A DNA stretch of 64,000 nt from NCBI GenBank assembly GCA_045645645.1, contig JAZRJE010000020.1, positions 2,249 through 66,248 on the forward strand, read 5' to 3'. The first letter of the stretch is position 1; every line of letters begins with the position of its first letter. The DNA is from Candidatus Enterousia sp. (lineage in GTDB: Bacteria > Pseudomonadota > Alphaproteobacteria > Rs-D84). The notes under the pieces were generated by a model. The model ran no database searches. It was given only the letters and a program-made list of their open reading frames with translations, and had not been told where the DNA came from. This document shows positions 54,128 to 62,896 of this stretch, piece by piece. Position numbers and translations under genes: made by a program.

Positions 54128-54446
54128 CAATCTCACCAAAGCCTTGCTGGACTTGGGATTGCGTGATTTTAGCATAAAATAAAAAAAGCGATTCGTCAAG
54201 CCCCAATGCCAGTTTTTTTGTCCATTGGACTTTTGGTTTTATTGGTGTTAAACTAGGAAATGAATCCAAGGGATTGGGTTCGGGGCTGTAGCAGGCCTTC
54301 TTGTTCGGTGCGAAAGCATCGTTAAATTGATGTTTCGGTGTTTTTTGCACCGTTATAACCCCGCATTGGTCGGGGAGCTGTGTGTTATACAACAGGGGCA
54401 ACCCAAAGACCACGGAATCAATAACAAGATGATTGCTAACTCCCCG

Positions 54447-54474
54447 ACCGCCATTCCGTTGGCGGTTATTTTTT
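54447..54474 (+). terminator. Intrinsic terminator/attenuator hairpin 17 nt upstream of a start codon
   Basis: ACCGCCA-TTCCGT-TGGCGGT followed by TATTTTTT. It overlaps an alternative 10-bp pairing, GGTCGGGGAG (54368-54377) with CTCCCCGACC (54440-54449). Confidence 0.5.
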
Positions 54475-54490
54475 GCGAAATGGGGAATAT

Positions 54491-55054
54491 ATGACACCGG
54501 AATATGTGCTATTTTTGTTAAAACAAGCGATTTGTAGTTTTTATGAACACGACCACAAATTGCTAGAGATTGCTGCACATGAGCGGGCGTGTGTTTCTAG
54601 AGTTGCAATTTATTTACAGCAATTATTAAACAAGGAACCCGATGCCAAAAATCTTTGCGTTGATTGCGACTATGGCAGTATGACAACCGATACAGGAGAA
54701 AAGTTCAAAAAATATATGGATGCAAATGGCGCATATGGAGGGGATGATGGGCAGTATGGGCGCATTTTTCCAGATTTAATCATTCATGAACGTGGAACAC
54801 AGCAAAACAATCTGTTAGTTGCCGAATTCAAGGGATATTGGCACACAGGCACATGGGGACAAGACCAAACGAAACTTGAACGCCTAACAGACAGGGCGCC
54901 TTCATTGAACCTCAAACCGTATTTTTGTTATCAGCATGGTGTGTTTATTGCACTGGGGCGACGACAAGCATATTTCGTTGAATTTGAAAACGGACAACAA
55001 ATATCAACCACAGCCACCATTGATGAACTATGCAAACGAAAGGAAAACCTGTGA
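54491..55054 (+). CDS. Hypothetical protein with a PD-(D/E)xK nuclease-like motif (island)
   Basis: GGGGA SD before the ATG at 54491 (the ORF-track start 54473 is TTG). RIFPDLIIHERGTQQNNLLVAEFKGYW fits the PD...E.K pattern. Confidence 0.4.
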   Translation: MTPEYVLFLLKQAICSFYEHDHKLLEIAAHERACVSRVAIYLQQLLNKEPDAKNLCVDCDYGSMTTDTGEKFKKYMDANGAYGGDDGQYGRIFPDLIIHERGTQQNNLLVAEFKGYWHTGTWGQDQTKLERLTDRAPSLNLKPYFCYQHGVFIALGRRQAYFVEFENGQQISTTATIDELCKRKENL

Positions 55055-55920
55055 ATAAGCCCATCTTAATTCTTGGAATGTTTATACTAACCGGGTGTGC
55101 CACACTAAGCAAAGAGGCGGTTGAAGCGCAGCGATTAACACAAAGCCCCGACTTGATAGAGGCGCTAAGAATATATACTGGAACAAATCCAACATATTGC
55201 AAAGAATATTGCGCCACACGGTCCTGGTGGTGTCAAACCGATTGCGAGCGTGATTCAAAAGATGCGCTTGCATTCAAAGACCAGAGTATAAATTATGATT
55301 GTTTGGACAAAAGCGAATATCAAATATATCGCACGGACGAGTGCGTCTTGTATCGGCGTGGGGTTCGCACATCGAAAATTAATTATTTTGATTTTAGCCG
55401 CTTTATTCCGCAAGACAGCCATATAAAAACAGAAGACGATTTTGTTGCTGTATCCAATAAGTTCCGTTCATTGAAATCAAAACTAGAAGCCTGCCAGAGC
55501 CAGAAAGAAAAAACAACCGCTGAAAAAAATGCATGCCAAGATGCGCTTTTAAGGCCGATTATTCGTTTTTCTGAACATGGGATACAACCATGCAAAGAGG
55601 TGTTAAGCACAGAATACCAAGCAATGTTAAAAAGCCAGGTTTCATGGTTTGAATGGGCGACCCACCATGACCCAAAAGAAAACATAGACACGTGCCTAGA
55701 TGCATATCGGCCACTTGTAAGCCAACTGAGCGCCCTGGGGCAAATGTATTCGGCCCGACAGATTGCGTCATATTGCACAAATATGCCAGAAAGCCCCATT
55801 TATAGTAAAAGTGAGGCGGTAGAAAAAATTCGGAAAACGGTGGAGCAGTTTGGTAAAGATAATTTTTGCGACACAAAAGACCACAATACCGAACTGAAAA
55901 AACTGGGACTAAATATATAG
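55051..55920 (+). CDS. Cys-rich lipoprotein (island cargo)
   Basis: GTGA start/stop overlap at 55051-55054. VNKPILILGMFILTGC lipobox. Multiple Cys. Confidence 0.6.
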   Translation: MNKPILILGMFILTGCATLSKEAVEAQRLTQSPDLIEALRIYTGTNPTYCKEYCATRSWWCQTDCERDSKDALAFKDQSINYDCLDKSEYQIYRTDECVLYRRGVRTSKINYFDFSRFIPQDSHIKTEDDFVAVSNKFRSLKSKLEACQSQKEKTTAEKNACQDALLRPIIRFSEHGIQPCKEVLSTEYQAMLKSQVSWFEWATHHDPKENIDTCLDAYRPLVSQLSALGQMYSARQIASYCTNMPESPIYSKSEAVEKIRKTVEQFGKDNFCDTKDHNTELKKLGLNI

Positions 55921-55928
55921 GACAAAAC

Positions 55929-56477
55929 ATGAAATTTAATTTGATATTTTTGCTGTTTTTGCTTTGTTCGTGTGTACAGTCGAATGAACAAAGTGTCATA
56001 AACGAAGTAGAAAAGACCACAGGTGTTGTTGACATTGTACAACAAGAACACGTGGACAACAAATTAAAACGTGTGCAACGCATGAATCATGAGCGGGGTC
56101 ACTGCATGGAATTATTCCCAAACGAATACCAAACCATGCTAGAAAGAACTCAAAGTTATTACGAAAGCCAAATGAGAAGCCATGAACATGAATTTTCTAG
56201 ATGTAAAGCGGCAAACCGGTGCATATTTTTACCAAGTGGCGAAAATATCACTGCTCCCGAATTAAAATCTAAATGTAAGGGGATGTGTGAACTTCAAGTC
56301 CCAACAGCAGAACAAATACTTGAGTCCGTAAAAGAGAGCATGCATAACTTTGCCCAATATCGTAAGTGTTCAACCGATGGCTGGGAGTCAGAGGTGCTAA
56401 AATACATTTGTCCGTGCGACGTATGCTACGACACGCCAATTTGTGCCCCGAATGCCCCAGTCCCAGCGCAAAAATAA
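55929..56477 (+). CDS. Cys-rich lipoprotein (island cargo)
   Basis: ATG at 55929. MKFNLIFLLFLLCSC lipobox. Multiple Cys, including CPCDVCYDTPIC. Confidence 0.6.
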   Translation: MKFNLIFLLFLLCSCVQSNEQSVINEVEKTTGVVDIVQQEHVDNKLKRVQRMNHERGHCMELFPNEYQTMLERTQSYYESQMRSHEHEFSRCKAANRCIFLPSGENITAPELKSKCKGMCELQVPTAEQILESVKESMHNFAQYRKCSTDGWESEVLKYICPCDVCYDTPICAPNAPVPAQK

Positions 56478-56857
56478 TTAAACACGCTGTCGAGCCACGA
56501 CAATGCGTTTGTCGCATATAGTATATAACACAACACCATGGCACAGGTGTATAATCCATATCCTATATCCATCATGCCAGTCCATATACCTGTCTACCAT
56601 ACCCCCACCCCCATGTGTGGGGTTAGAAGCGAGGGCAGGATAATAAGAATGCTTTTTTACAAATAATGGTTGCATTTCATTTTTACCGTGATATACATAT
56701 TTATGTCTCGTGGCAGGACACGCCGTTCGTGCAAAGACCAAGGTCATACCACCCAGCATAATATTAACCTATGGTGATGTTTATCTGGACAAAAATTTAC
56801 GAACTTCCAAAAAAATACAGATAATCAGCACCGAATAACAGAAATAAGGATAATATT

Positions 56858-57493
56858 ATGAATAATTTAAGTGTTTTTCAATCCCAAGCAAAACAATTAT
56901 TAAAAGACTTTAACGCTGGCAAGCCATTTGCATTAAACCGTGTTGCCGTGTATATTCACGACACAAGCAAATTCAGTTTAATGAAGGCGCAACATGTCAT
57001 TGCCAAAGAACAGGGATTCAATTCATGGGCCGAACTTACAAAGGACACGCCTGAGCATTTGGCGCTTGTAAAACAAATGATGAAATATCCCACATTAACA
57101 AGTTCTGGCTTCCTGCAACGCAACTTCAAAAAAACATATGCCGAATGGAAAAAAGAGTTTGATGAAGACCGTGCAGAATTATTTTCCACAGGCACAATAT
57201 GCAGCAACATTTTATCCAATTATGATATCGTGTTGAAAATTGCGGATTGGTTGCGCAAAAACATAGAGCCAATAAAAACACAAAATTTGCGTCACACAAG
57301 TTATGGTCATAAACATAGAATGGAACGCATGTTTGACCGAACTGAACCGCACCATGTGTATGTATCAAATGGTGTTTTCATAGCCGCCGCAATTTTGGCT
57401 GGTTTTATCCCTAAACCCCATGGCATTAACTGCACATTTAACATGAGTGAGCGCAGCTGGCAAACTGCATATAAAAAATTCAAAATGTATTAA
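56858..57493 (+). CDS. Hypothetical protein (island)
   Basis: 211-aa ORF preceded by AAGGA; no motif I can name. Confidence 0.5.
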   Translation: MNNLSVFQSQAKQLLKDFNAGKPFALNRVAVYIHDTSKFSLMKAQHVIAKEQGFNSWAELTKDTPEHLALVKQMMKYPTLTSSGFLQRNFKKTYAEWKKEFDEDRAELFSTGTICSNILSNYDIVLKIADWLRKNIEPIKTQNLRHTSYGHKHRMERMFDRTEPHHVYVSNGVFIAAAILAGFIPKPHGINCTFNMSERSWQTAYKKFKMY

Positions 57494-57765
57494 AGTCCAT
57501 AAATGCGCCGTTAAATCACAGTCCCAGAAAAAAAGAATGCTTTTTTCATGGGGCCCCAGTGCAAAAATGCACCAGGACCAGCATGAATTTTTATCACATG
57601 GTCATATGTTCTAATCTCTCTTTGTGGTAATATTCACATGTTTTGGGCTTTTTGCCTGTTGGGCATAGGTTTGCCGCACATCATCCAAAAGTCCCGCAGC
57701 GCAAATATATTCGGCGCTTTTCACGATTTCGGCATGCAAAATTTTCCAATGATTTAAGATATTAG

Positions 57766-57773
57766 TGCGCCAC
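57766..57773 (+). repeat. Right copy of the 8-bp junction repeat TGCGCCAC (putative attR core)
   Basis: Identical to 51104-51111; base composition shifts just to the right. Confidence 0.5.
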
Positions 57774-57780
57774 GAATTTA

Positions 57781-57805
57781 ATACCGCCTTTTGGCGGTGT
57801 TTTTA
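57781..57805. terminator. Bidirectional Rho-independent terminator (tdk, and presumably the original tRNA-Arg terminator)
   Basis: ACCGCC-TTTT-GGCGGT followed by GTTTTTATTTTT. Confidence 0.75.
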
Positions 57806-58384
57806 TTTTTTCTTTTGATTGATACCATGATATAGCATGTTGTAATGTTGGCGACATACCGATTTATAATTACTGTCACCAAGGGCAAATTGATTGCCTG
57901 CACGAATAACGTTGTCGTTTTTATCAAAGCGCAAGTGATGTGTGGCTAATTCCATACAGCCATTTATTTGACAATTTGATTCGTGCAGATGCAGTTCTGC
58001 ACCGACTTCAATTAAACGACGTGATGCTGGAAATATCTGTTCATTGCTGTCACACATCAATCCATAGCACATTACAGTTATGTTTAAAATGTCGGCAATT
58101 TGTACCAGTTTATCAATGTCTCTCGGAGAGAAAAATTGCACTTCATCAACTAATATTACGCGTGTGTTTGGGCTGGGGGTATATGTTTCTAAATTCGGTA
58201 TCGCAATAGCTTTTGTTTCAATGCCGATTCGGGATTTTACAGTGTCTTCAGAAAAACGTGTGTCGAATGATGGTTTGATAACTTCGGTTTTTACGCCGTT
58301 TTGATTATAATTATAAGCATTAATAATTAAAAGTGCTGATTTGGAACTGCTCATTACGCCATAATGAAAATGTAATGTGGCCAT
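57803..58384 (-). CDS. tdk: Thymidine kinase
   Basis: LHFHYGVMSSSKSALLI (P-loop region), ILVDEVQFF, C-terminal CQINGC...CRQHY Zn-ribbon-like Cys. Confidence 0.85.
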   Translation of the reverse strand: MATLHFHYGVMSSSKSALLIINAYNYNQNGVKTEVIKPSFDTRFSEDTVKSRIGIETKAIAIPNLETYTPSPNTRVILVDEVQFFSPRDIDKLVQIADILNITVMCYGLMCDSNEQIFPASRRLIEVGAELHLHESNCQINGCMELATHHLRFDKNDNVIRAGNQFALGDSNYKSVCRQHYNMLYHGINQKKK

Positions 58385-58483
58385 ATGCTTGTCTCCTTTG
58401 AAATAATATTGTTTAGTTGTCAGGATTTATATCAGAATTTTTCAAATCTGTCATGAAAAATATGATATAATTTATGTGCTATT

Positions 58484-59419
58484 ATGAATGTATATGGGAA
58501 AACTTTTGTGTTTTTATGTATTGCTGGAGGGGTATATGAAGCCTTTGCGGCTGGTTTTTTGCGTGCAGAATCTTTCCCTGGAACATTTCAGGATTTGTCT
58601 TTTGAAAGTCGTATGGCTGTGTTGGCTGATGGATATGATGGGTTTGAAACAAAATTTGAAAATGGTGTGTGTGTAGCAGGATGTCCATATAGGGGGATAA
58701 CAGTTCCAGAAATGGATGCCTTGATTATACAAAATACAGCTGCAGGAAATCTGGCAGCACAGCAGCTGATGAATAGCCAACCTGTTGTTGATATACAGTC
58801 GAATGATGCAGTTGTTCAGACTGTATATAATTATGGTACATCATCGCAAAGTCAAGATATGATATCCGATGTCGGGACGTCGGTTGCACAGTTGCCGCAA
58901 GTGCAACCAACATGGGAATGCAAGTATCATAGTGAAATTGTTAAATCGAATAATACTGTCCCAAATCAGGCTCCGTTGGATATTAATCTGGTTGTTACAT
59001 CAGATTATGGGTGGCGAAATGCACCTGTACGGGGGGCGTCTACAATGCATAATGGGATTGATTTGTTAGCATCATCTGGAACACCTGTTTATGTTCCTGC
59101 GTCGGGAACAGTCATTGAATTGCCTGGTGGAACATGTGGAATTGGGGTGACTGTTGATCATGGCGCTGGTTGGAAAACAAAATACTGTCATTTAAGTCAG
59201 CGAACAGTAAATATTGGTGAACGTGTTCAGTCAGGTTGTCAAATCGGGACTGTTGGAAACACAGGGGCCAGTACCGGGGCGCATTTACACTATGCAATAA
59301 TATATAATGATAAACCATATGACTTGTTGTACAGGATTAATCATTTAGGGCGTAGTTATCAGATGGATACATTATCGGTCAGTCGACCAGATGGTGTTGT
59401 TTTACCTGGGCGAATTTAA
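58484..59419 (+). CDS. M23-family metallopeptidase (secreted)
   Basis: Signal-like N-terminus. HNGIDLLASSGTPVYVPASGTV and GNTGASTGAHLHYAI. Confidence 0.85.
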   Translation: MNVYGKTFVFLCIAGGVYEAFAAGFLRAESFPGTFQDLSFESRMAVLADGYDGFETKFENGVCVAGCPYRGITVPEMDALIIQNTAAGNLAAQQLMNSQPVVDIQSNDAVVQTVYNYGTSSQSQDMISDVGTSVAQLPQVQPTWECKYHSEIVKSNNTVPNQAPLDINLVVTSDYGWRNAPVRGASTMHNGIDLLASSGTPVYVPASGTVIELPGGTCGIGVTVDHGAGWKTKYCHLSQRTVNIGERVQSGCQIGTVGNTGASTGAHLHYAIIYNDKPYDLLYRINHLGRSYQMDTLSVSRPDGVVLPGRI

Positions 59420-59765
59420 CAGAGAAACTGCCGTTGTTTATAGCGGAAAAAGATATAATATGGGGGCTTAATATGCTGTTTGTTGCCCATTGTGGAAACT
59501 TTTTATGTAATATACCGCTGGCACCAGTAATTATATTGGCGGTTCGAACGCCAGATGTGGCCAGATCCATAATTGCAGACCATGCTTCTTCTTCTGTGTA
59601 CTGATGTAAGTCAAGTGTTGTATGATTTGGGACAGGTTTGACATTATGAACGATTCGTTTAGATAATTGTAATTCAGAGCGAACACGTTTTCTTATGTCG
59701 TTGTCATCTGGGATGAAATCATCGCCAATCATTGCTGCAATATCGTTGTCGTTCAGTTGTTTCAT
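59379..59765 (-). CDS. Smr-domain protein
   Basis: TLDLHQYTEEEAWSAIMDLATSGVRTANIITGASGILHKKFPQW. Its 3' end overlaps the convergent M23 gene by 41 nt. Confidence 0.65.
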   Translation of the reverse strand: MKQLNDNDIAAMIGDDFIPDDNDIRKRVRSELQLSKRIVHNVKPVPNHTTLDLHQYTEEEAWSAIMDLATSGVRTANIITGASGILHKKFPQWATNSILSPHIISFSAINNGSFSVKFAQVKQHHLVD

Positions 59766-59771
59766 TTTGTT

Positions 59772-60824
59772 TTACAAATCTTTGAACTGGTCAAACAAAT
59801 TGTCCAGATTTTTTTTGAATTCATTCCATTGTTTTTTGATATTAGCTGTAGCTGTTTCCATGTTTTTGCGTGTTGTCGTTGATTTTATTTTTTTTATGCC
59901 TGCATCAATGGCGTTGACTGTGACGCGGGCAGCATTGTCCAGCATTGCTGTCGCTGTTTGTTTGAATGCTTGCGCTTGGGGGGTGGATGTGGCGTCGTGT
60001 ATTTGTTGTTTTATCTTTTTGGTGCCAGATTTGATTTTATCATATGCGTCTGAGGATTGTTTTTGCTGGTGTTGCAATATTATTTTATGAAAATTAAATT
60101 TATCTTTTATGTTAGATGCATAATTTTTGTCGTCGTATAAATTAGCAAATTCACATGCGTATAAGCAGTATACAGAAGCTATTTTTGTTTCATTAGGGGT
60201 AGAACTGGATAGTTCTTGGTTTATTTTAGCCTGTAAAATATCAAAAATGGATGATAATAAGTAATCTTTTTCACGATTAAAACGAGGTAAAGCCATCATC
60301 TTTTGTAAATTGCTTAGGATTGTACGAACCTCAGAATCGCTGGTTTTTGGATTTTTTAGTTTTGCCAATTCTATTTCAATTATGCATTTAGCTAGATAAT
60401 CGTGACGGGTGTTTTGGTTGATTTTCTTTGAATCGTATTTTTTTATATATTCTGGATTCGTGTATTTTGTTTCATAGAAAGATAATACATTATATTTTAA
60501 TTTGTCATCTTTTATTTCATCAACAAGCCATGGTAATTGGGTGTATTCATCATATAGCAGGGTTGCAATAACACCAAATTGAAAATCCATAACTATATCT
60601 TCACTTTGACCCGTTTTTGAGGCTACATAAATTGCGTCTATTAATTTTTGTATAGTTGGATTTTGTGTAATATTCTTGGCTGCTTTCAGGTGTTGTTTGG
60701 ATGGTGTGTCAACCAGCTTTTGAACAGCTTTGGATAATTTAGGTACGTATTCATGAGGAGATTTTTTGTCCATCAAGGCACGATATATTTCTGTAATGGA
60801 TGGAAAGATAATCTGTTTTGCCAT
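59772..60824 (-). CDS. Hypothetical helical protein
   Basis: I prefer the ATG at 60824 (AAGGGA SD), because the longer ORF-track start at 60908 would run through the rne terminator hairpin. Confidence 0.55.
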   Translation of the reverse strand: MAKQIIFPSITEIYRALMDKKSPHEYVPKLSKAVQKLVDTPSKQHLKAAKNITQNPTIQKLIDAIYVASKTGQSEDIVMDFQFGVIATLLYDEYTQLPWLVDEIKDDKLKYNVLSFYETKYTNPEYIKKYDSKKINQNTRHDYLAKCIIEIELAKLKNPKTSDSEVRTILSNLQKMMALPRFNREKDYLLSSIFDILQAKINQELSSSTPNETKIASVYCLYACEFANLYDDKNYASNIKDKFNFHKIILQHQQKQSSDAYDKIKSGTKKIKQQIHDATSTPQAQAFKQTATAMLDNAARVTVNAIDAGIKKIKSTTTRKNMETATANIKKQWNEFKKNLDNLFDQFKDL

Positions 60825-60862
60825 ATATGTATCCCTTTTTGTTGATGTGTATATTATATCAT

Positions 60863-60888
60863 AAAACGCCCCAAAGGGGGCGTTTTTT
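60863..60888 (-). terminator. Rho-independent terminator after rne
   Basis: AAAACGCCCC-AAA-GGGGGCGTTTTTT, immediately after the rne stop codon. Confidence 0.8.
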
Positions 60889-62683
60889 ATCCCATCAATT
60901 TTTTCCAAAGACTTTGTTTCTTTTGAGGTTGTTTTTTTCGCTTACGACGTGGTGCCGTCATAGTTGTCTTTTTTGCCTCTGTGTGACGTGCATTTTTGCG
61001 TTGCGCATCTGTAGATGGTGCATGTGCCCCCAATAGGTCTTCGGTTTTATTTTGTTCTGGTGCAACGCGTTGAATTGAATATTGGTCAATATTCATTAAA
61101 CTGTCATCACCAATTATTACGATTTCTGTTTCAAATTTAGCTTCCATCTCTGCTAATTCGGCACGTTTATGATTTAATAAATAAATCGCAACGTCTGTTG
61201 GAACTGTCATAATGATTTTTTGGGCAGATTTTGCCAACAGCTTTTCTTGCAGGTGACGGAACAGAATGATTGCAGCTGTTTGTATTGATGGAACAACGCC
61301 CGAACCCATGCAGTGTGGACACTGAACATATGAAGATTCCATGAAGCTGCTGCGTAAACGCTGGCGCGATAACATTAATACACCAAAATTGTTGATTTTT
61401 GCAACCTGGGTGCGTGCACGATCACGTTTCATGACTTCGCGCATCTTTAGTTCTAGTTTGCGGTTGTTGCGTTCTTCTTCCATGTCTATAAAGTCAACAG
61501 CAATAATTCCCGCTAAATCACGCAGACGTAATTGTAATGCAATTTCTTCGGCCGCTTCTAAATTAGTGTTCAAAGCGGTTTGTTCAATATCTTTTTCTTT
61601 AATTGCACGCGATGAATTAACGTCAATTGTTACCATTGCTTCTGTTTGATTTATTACCAATGAGCCACCAGATGGAAGTGTGACGTATGGACCATGTAGA
61701 CCTTCAAGTTGTTTTTCTACACCAGCTTTAACCATTAGTGGAACAGCAATGTCTTTGTATTGAATTAATTGCTTGCGTGGGGCACGACCGTACATTTGTT
61801 GAAAATATGTTTTTGCTGCGTCATATGCTTCTTCGCCTTGGATAAGCAATGTGTCTTCTTTGTCGCTAAGAAAATCGCGAACAACACGACGTAACAATGA
61901 ATCTTCGGTATGTATTGTTACTGGTGCAACAGATTCTAATGTTGTTTTGCGGATTTCATTCCACAAGTTTACCAGATAATCGTAATCACCAGCAATGTCA
62001 GATGCTGCGGCACCAAATGCTGCAGTACGCAATACGACAGTCATGCCTTTTGGTATTTTTAATCCATGCAAGATTTCACGTAAACGTGCTCGTTCAGATT
62101 TGTCAGAAATCTTTTTAGAAATTCCATAGCTGTTTCGTTTGCGTGAATTAGGCATCAGAACAGCAAATCGACCCGCTAATGACAGGTATGTTGTCATCGA
62201 TGCGCCTTTTTGTCCACGTTCTTCTTTGACGCCTTGTATTAATAGAATTTGTTTTGGTTTTATAACGTCCTGAATCTTGAATTCATGTGCACGTTTGATA
62301 AATTCTTTGTTGTCTTCGCCAGCACTATGGTCATCGTATTCGGCAACTTCATCTTCTTCGTCGTTTGGATCGTCGTCGTCATCAACAATGTTGGCGTGTG
62401 CTAATTCTAGCAGTTTCTTTTTCTGTTCAGGTGTTACCTGATAGTAATCAGGGTGTATTTCAGAAAATGGTAAAAATCCATTCTTGCCAGTACCGTAGTC
62501 AACAAATGCTGCTTGTAAAGATGGTTCGACACGTATAACCTTGGCCAGATAGATATTTCCCTTAATCTGGGGTTTTGTCGTTGTTTCAACGTCAAAATCA
62601 GATACACGGTTGGTTGCAGTGTCTACAACAACAACACGTGTTTCTTCTGGGTGGACTGCATCCACATAAATTTTCTTTGACAT
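60887..62683 (-). CDS. rne: Ribonuclease E/G-family endoribonuclease (compact RNase E type with an acidic insert in the S1 region)
   Basis: S1 domain GNIYLAKVIRVEPSLQAAFVDYG, TIDVNS, Zn-link CPHCMGSG, basic C-terminal tail, acidic insert DDDDDPNDEEDE. Confidence 0.88.
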   Translation of the reverse strand: MSKKIYVDAVHPEETRVVVVDTATNRVSDFDVETTTKPQIKGNIYLAKVIRVEPSLQAAFVDYGTGKNGFLPFSEIHPDYYQVTPEQKKKLLELAHANIVDDDDDPNDEEDEVAEYDDHSAGEDNKEFIKRAHEFKIQDVIKPKQILLIQGVKEERGQKGASMTTYLSLAGRFAVLMPNSRKRNSYGISKKISDKSERARLREILHGLKIPKGMTVVLRTAAFGAAASDIAGDYDYLVNLWNEIRKTTLESVAPVTIHTEDSLLRRVVRDFLSDKEDTLLIQGEEAYDAAKTYFQQMYGRAPRKQLIQYKDIAVPLMVKAGVEKQLEGLHGPYVTLPSGGSLVINQTEAMVTIDVNSSRAIKEKDIEQTALNTNLEAAEEIALQLRLRDLAGIIAVDFIDMEEERNNRKLELKMREVMKRDRARTQVAKINNFGVLMLSRQRLRSSFMESSYVQCPHCMGSGVVPSIQTAAIILFRHLQEKLLAKSAQKIIMTVPTDVAIYLLNHKRAELAEMEAKFETEIVIIGDDSLMNIDQYSIQRVAPEQNKTEDLLGAHAPSTDAQRKNARHTEAKKTTMTAPRRKRKKQPQKKQSLWKKLMG

Positions 62684-62896
62684 TTTGTAATCCTTTTATT
62701 TTCTGGGCGTATGAAACTGTATATGTAATCTGTCCCCATGGGGCGTCTGTGCCCATGCCAAGGGATAGCACTACGATAACCATCAGCGCCATGCAAATTA
62801 CAAAAAGCAATGATAAGATAAACACTTATATAAGCCCTTATGTTTTTTCATACACAAAGGCGATTTTAACATGCTGTATCACAGTTCGCAAGGTAT

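Larger units (their letters stand above)
51111..57773. mobile_element. Integrated genomic island (~6.7 kb) at the 3' end of tRNA-Arg(ACG)
   Basis: A serine integrase abuts the tRNA. G+C and codon usage are visibly higher than in the flanks. The 8-bp repeat TGCGCCAC occurs at both ends. Joining the flanks would put the hairpin terminator at 57781-57805 ten nt after the tRNA CCA. Confidence 0.7.

Noticed and set aside
54096-54578. 160-aa minus-strand ORF in the island.
   Set aside because: It spans part of the GAATC repeat array and the structured leader/terminator region. It has no SD and no internal Met, its composition is odd, and it overlaps the start of the plus-strand gene. I treat the region as non-coding, though this is not proven.
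56478-56759. 93-aa minus-strand ORF between the second lipoprotein gene and the 56858 gene.
   Set aside because: The start context is weak and the composition unusual (GGGG, His/Tyr-rich), and I recognise no motif. It could be real, but the sequence alone does not support it.
62684-62896. Long rne 5' untranslated region as an autoregulatory structured element.
   Set aside because: This is plausible by analogy with the enterobacterial rne leader, and a GCCCCATGGGGAC palindrome is present. I cannot show conservation or a defined fold from one sequence, so I did not call it a feature.
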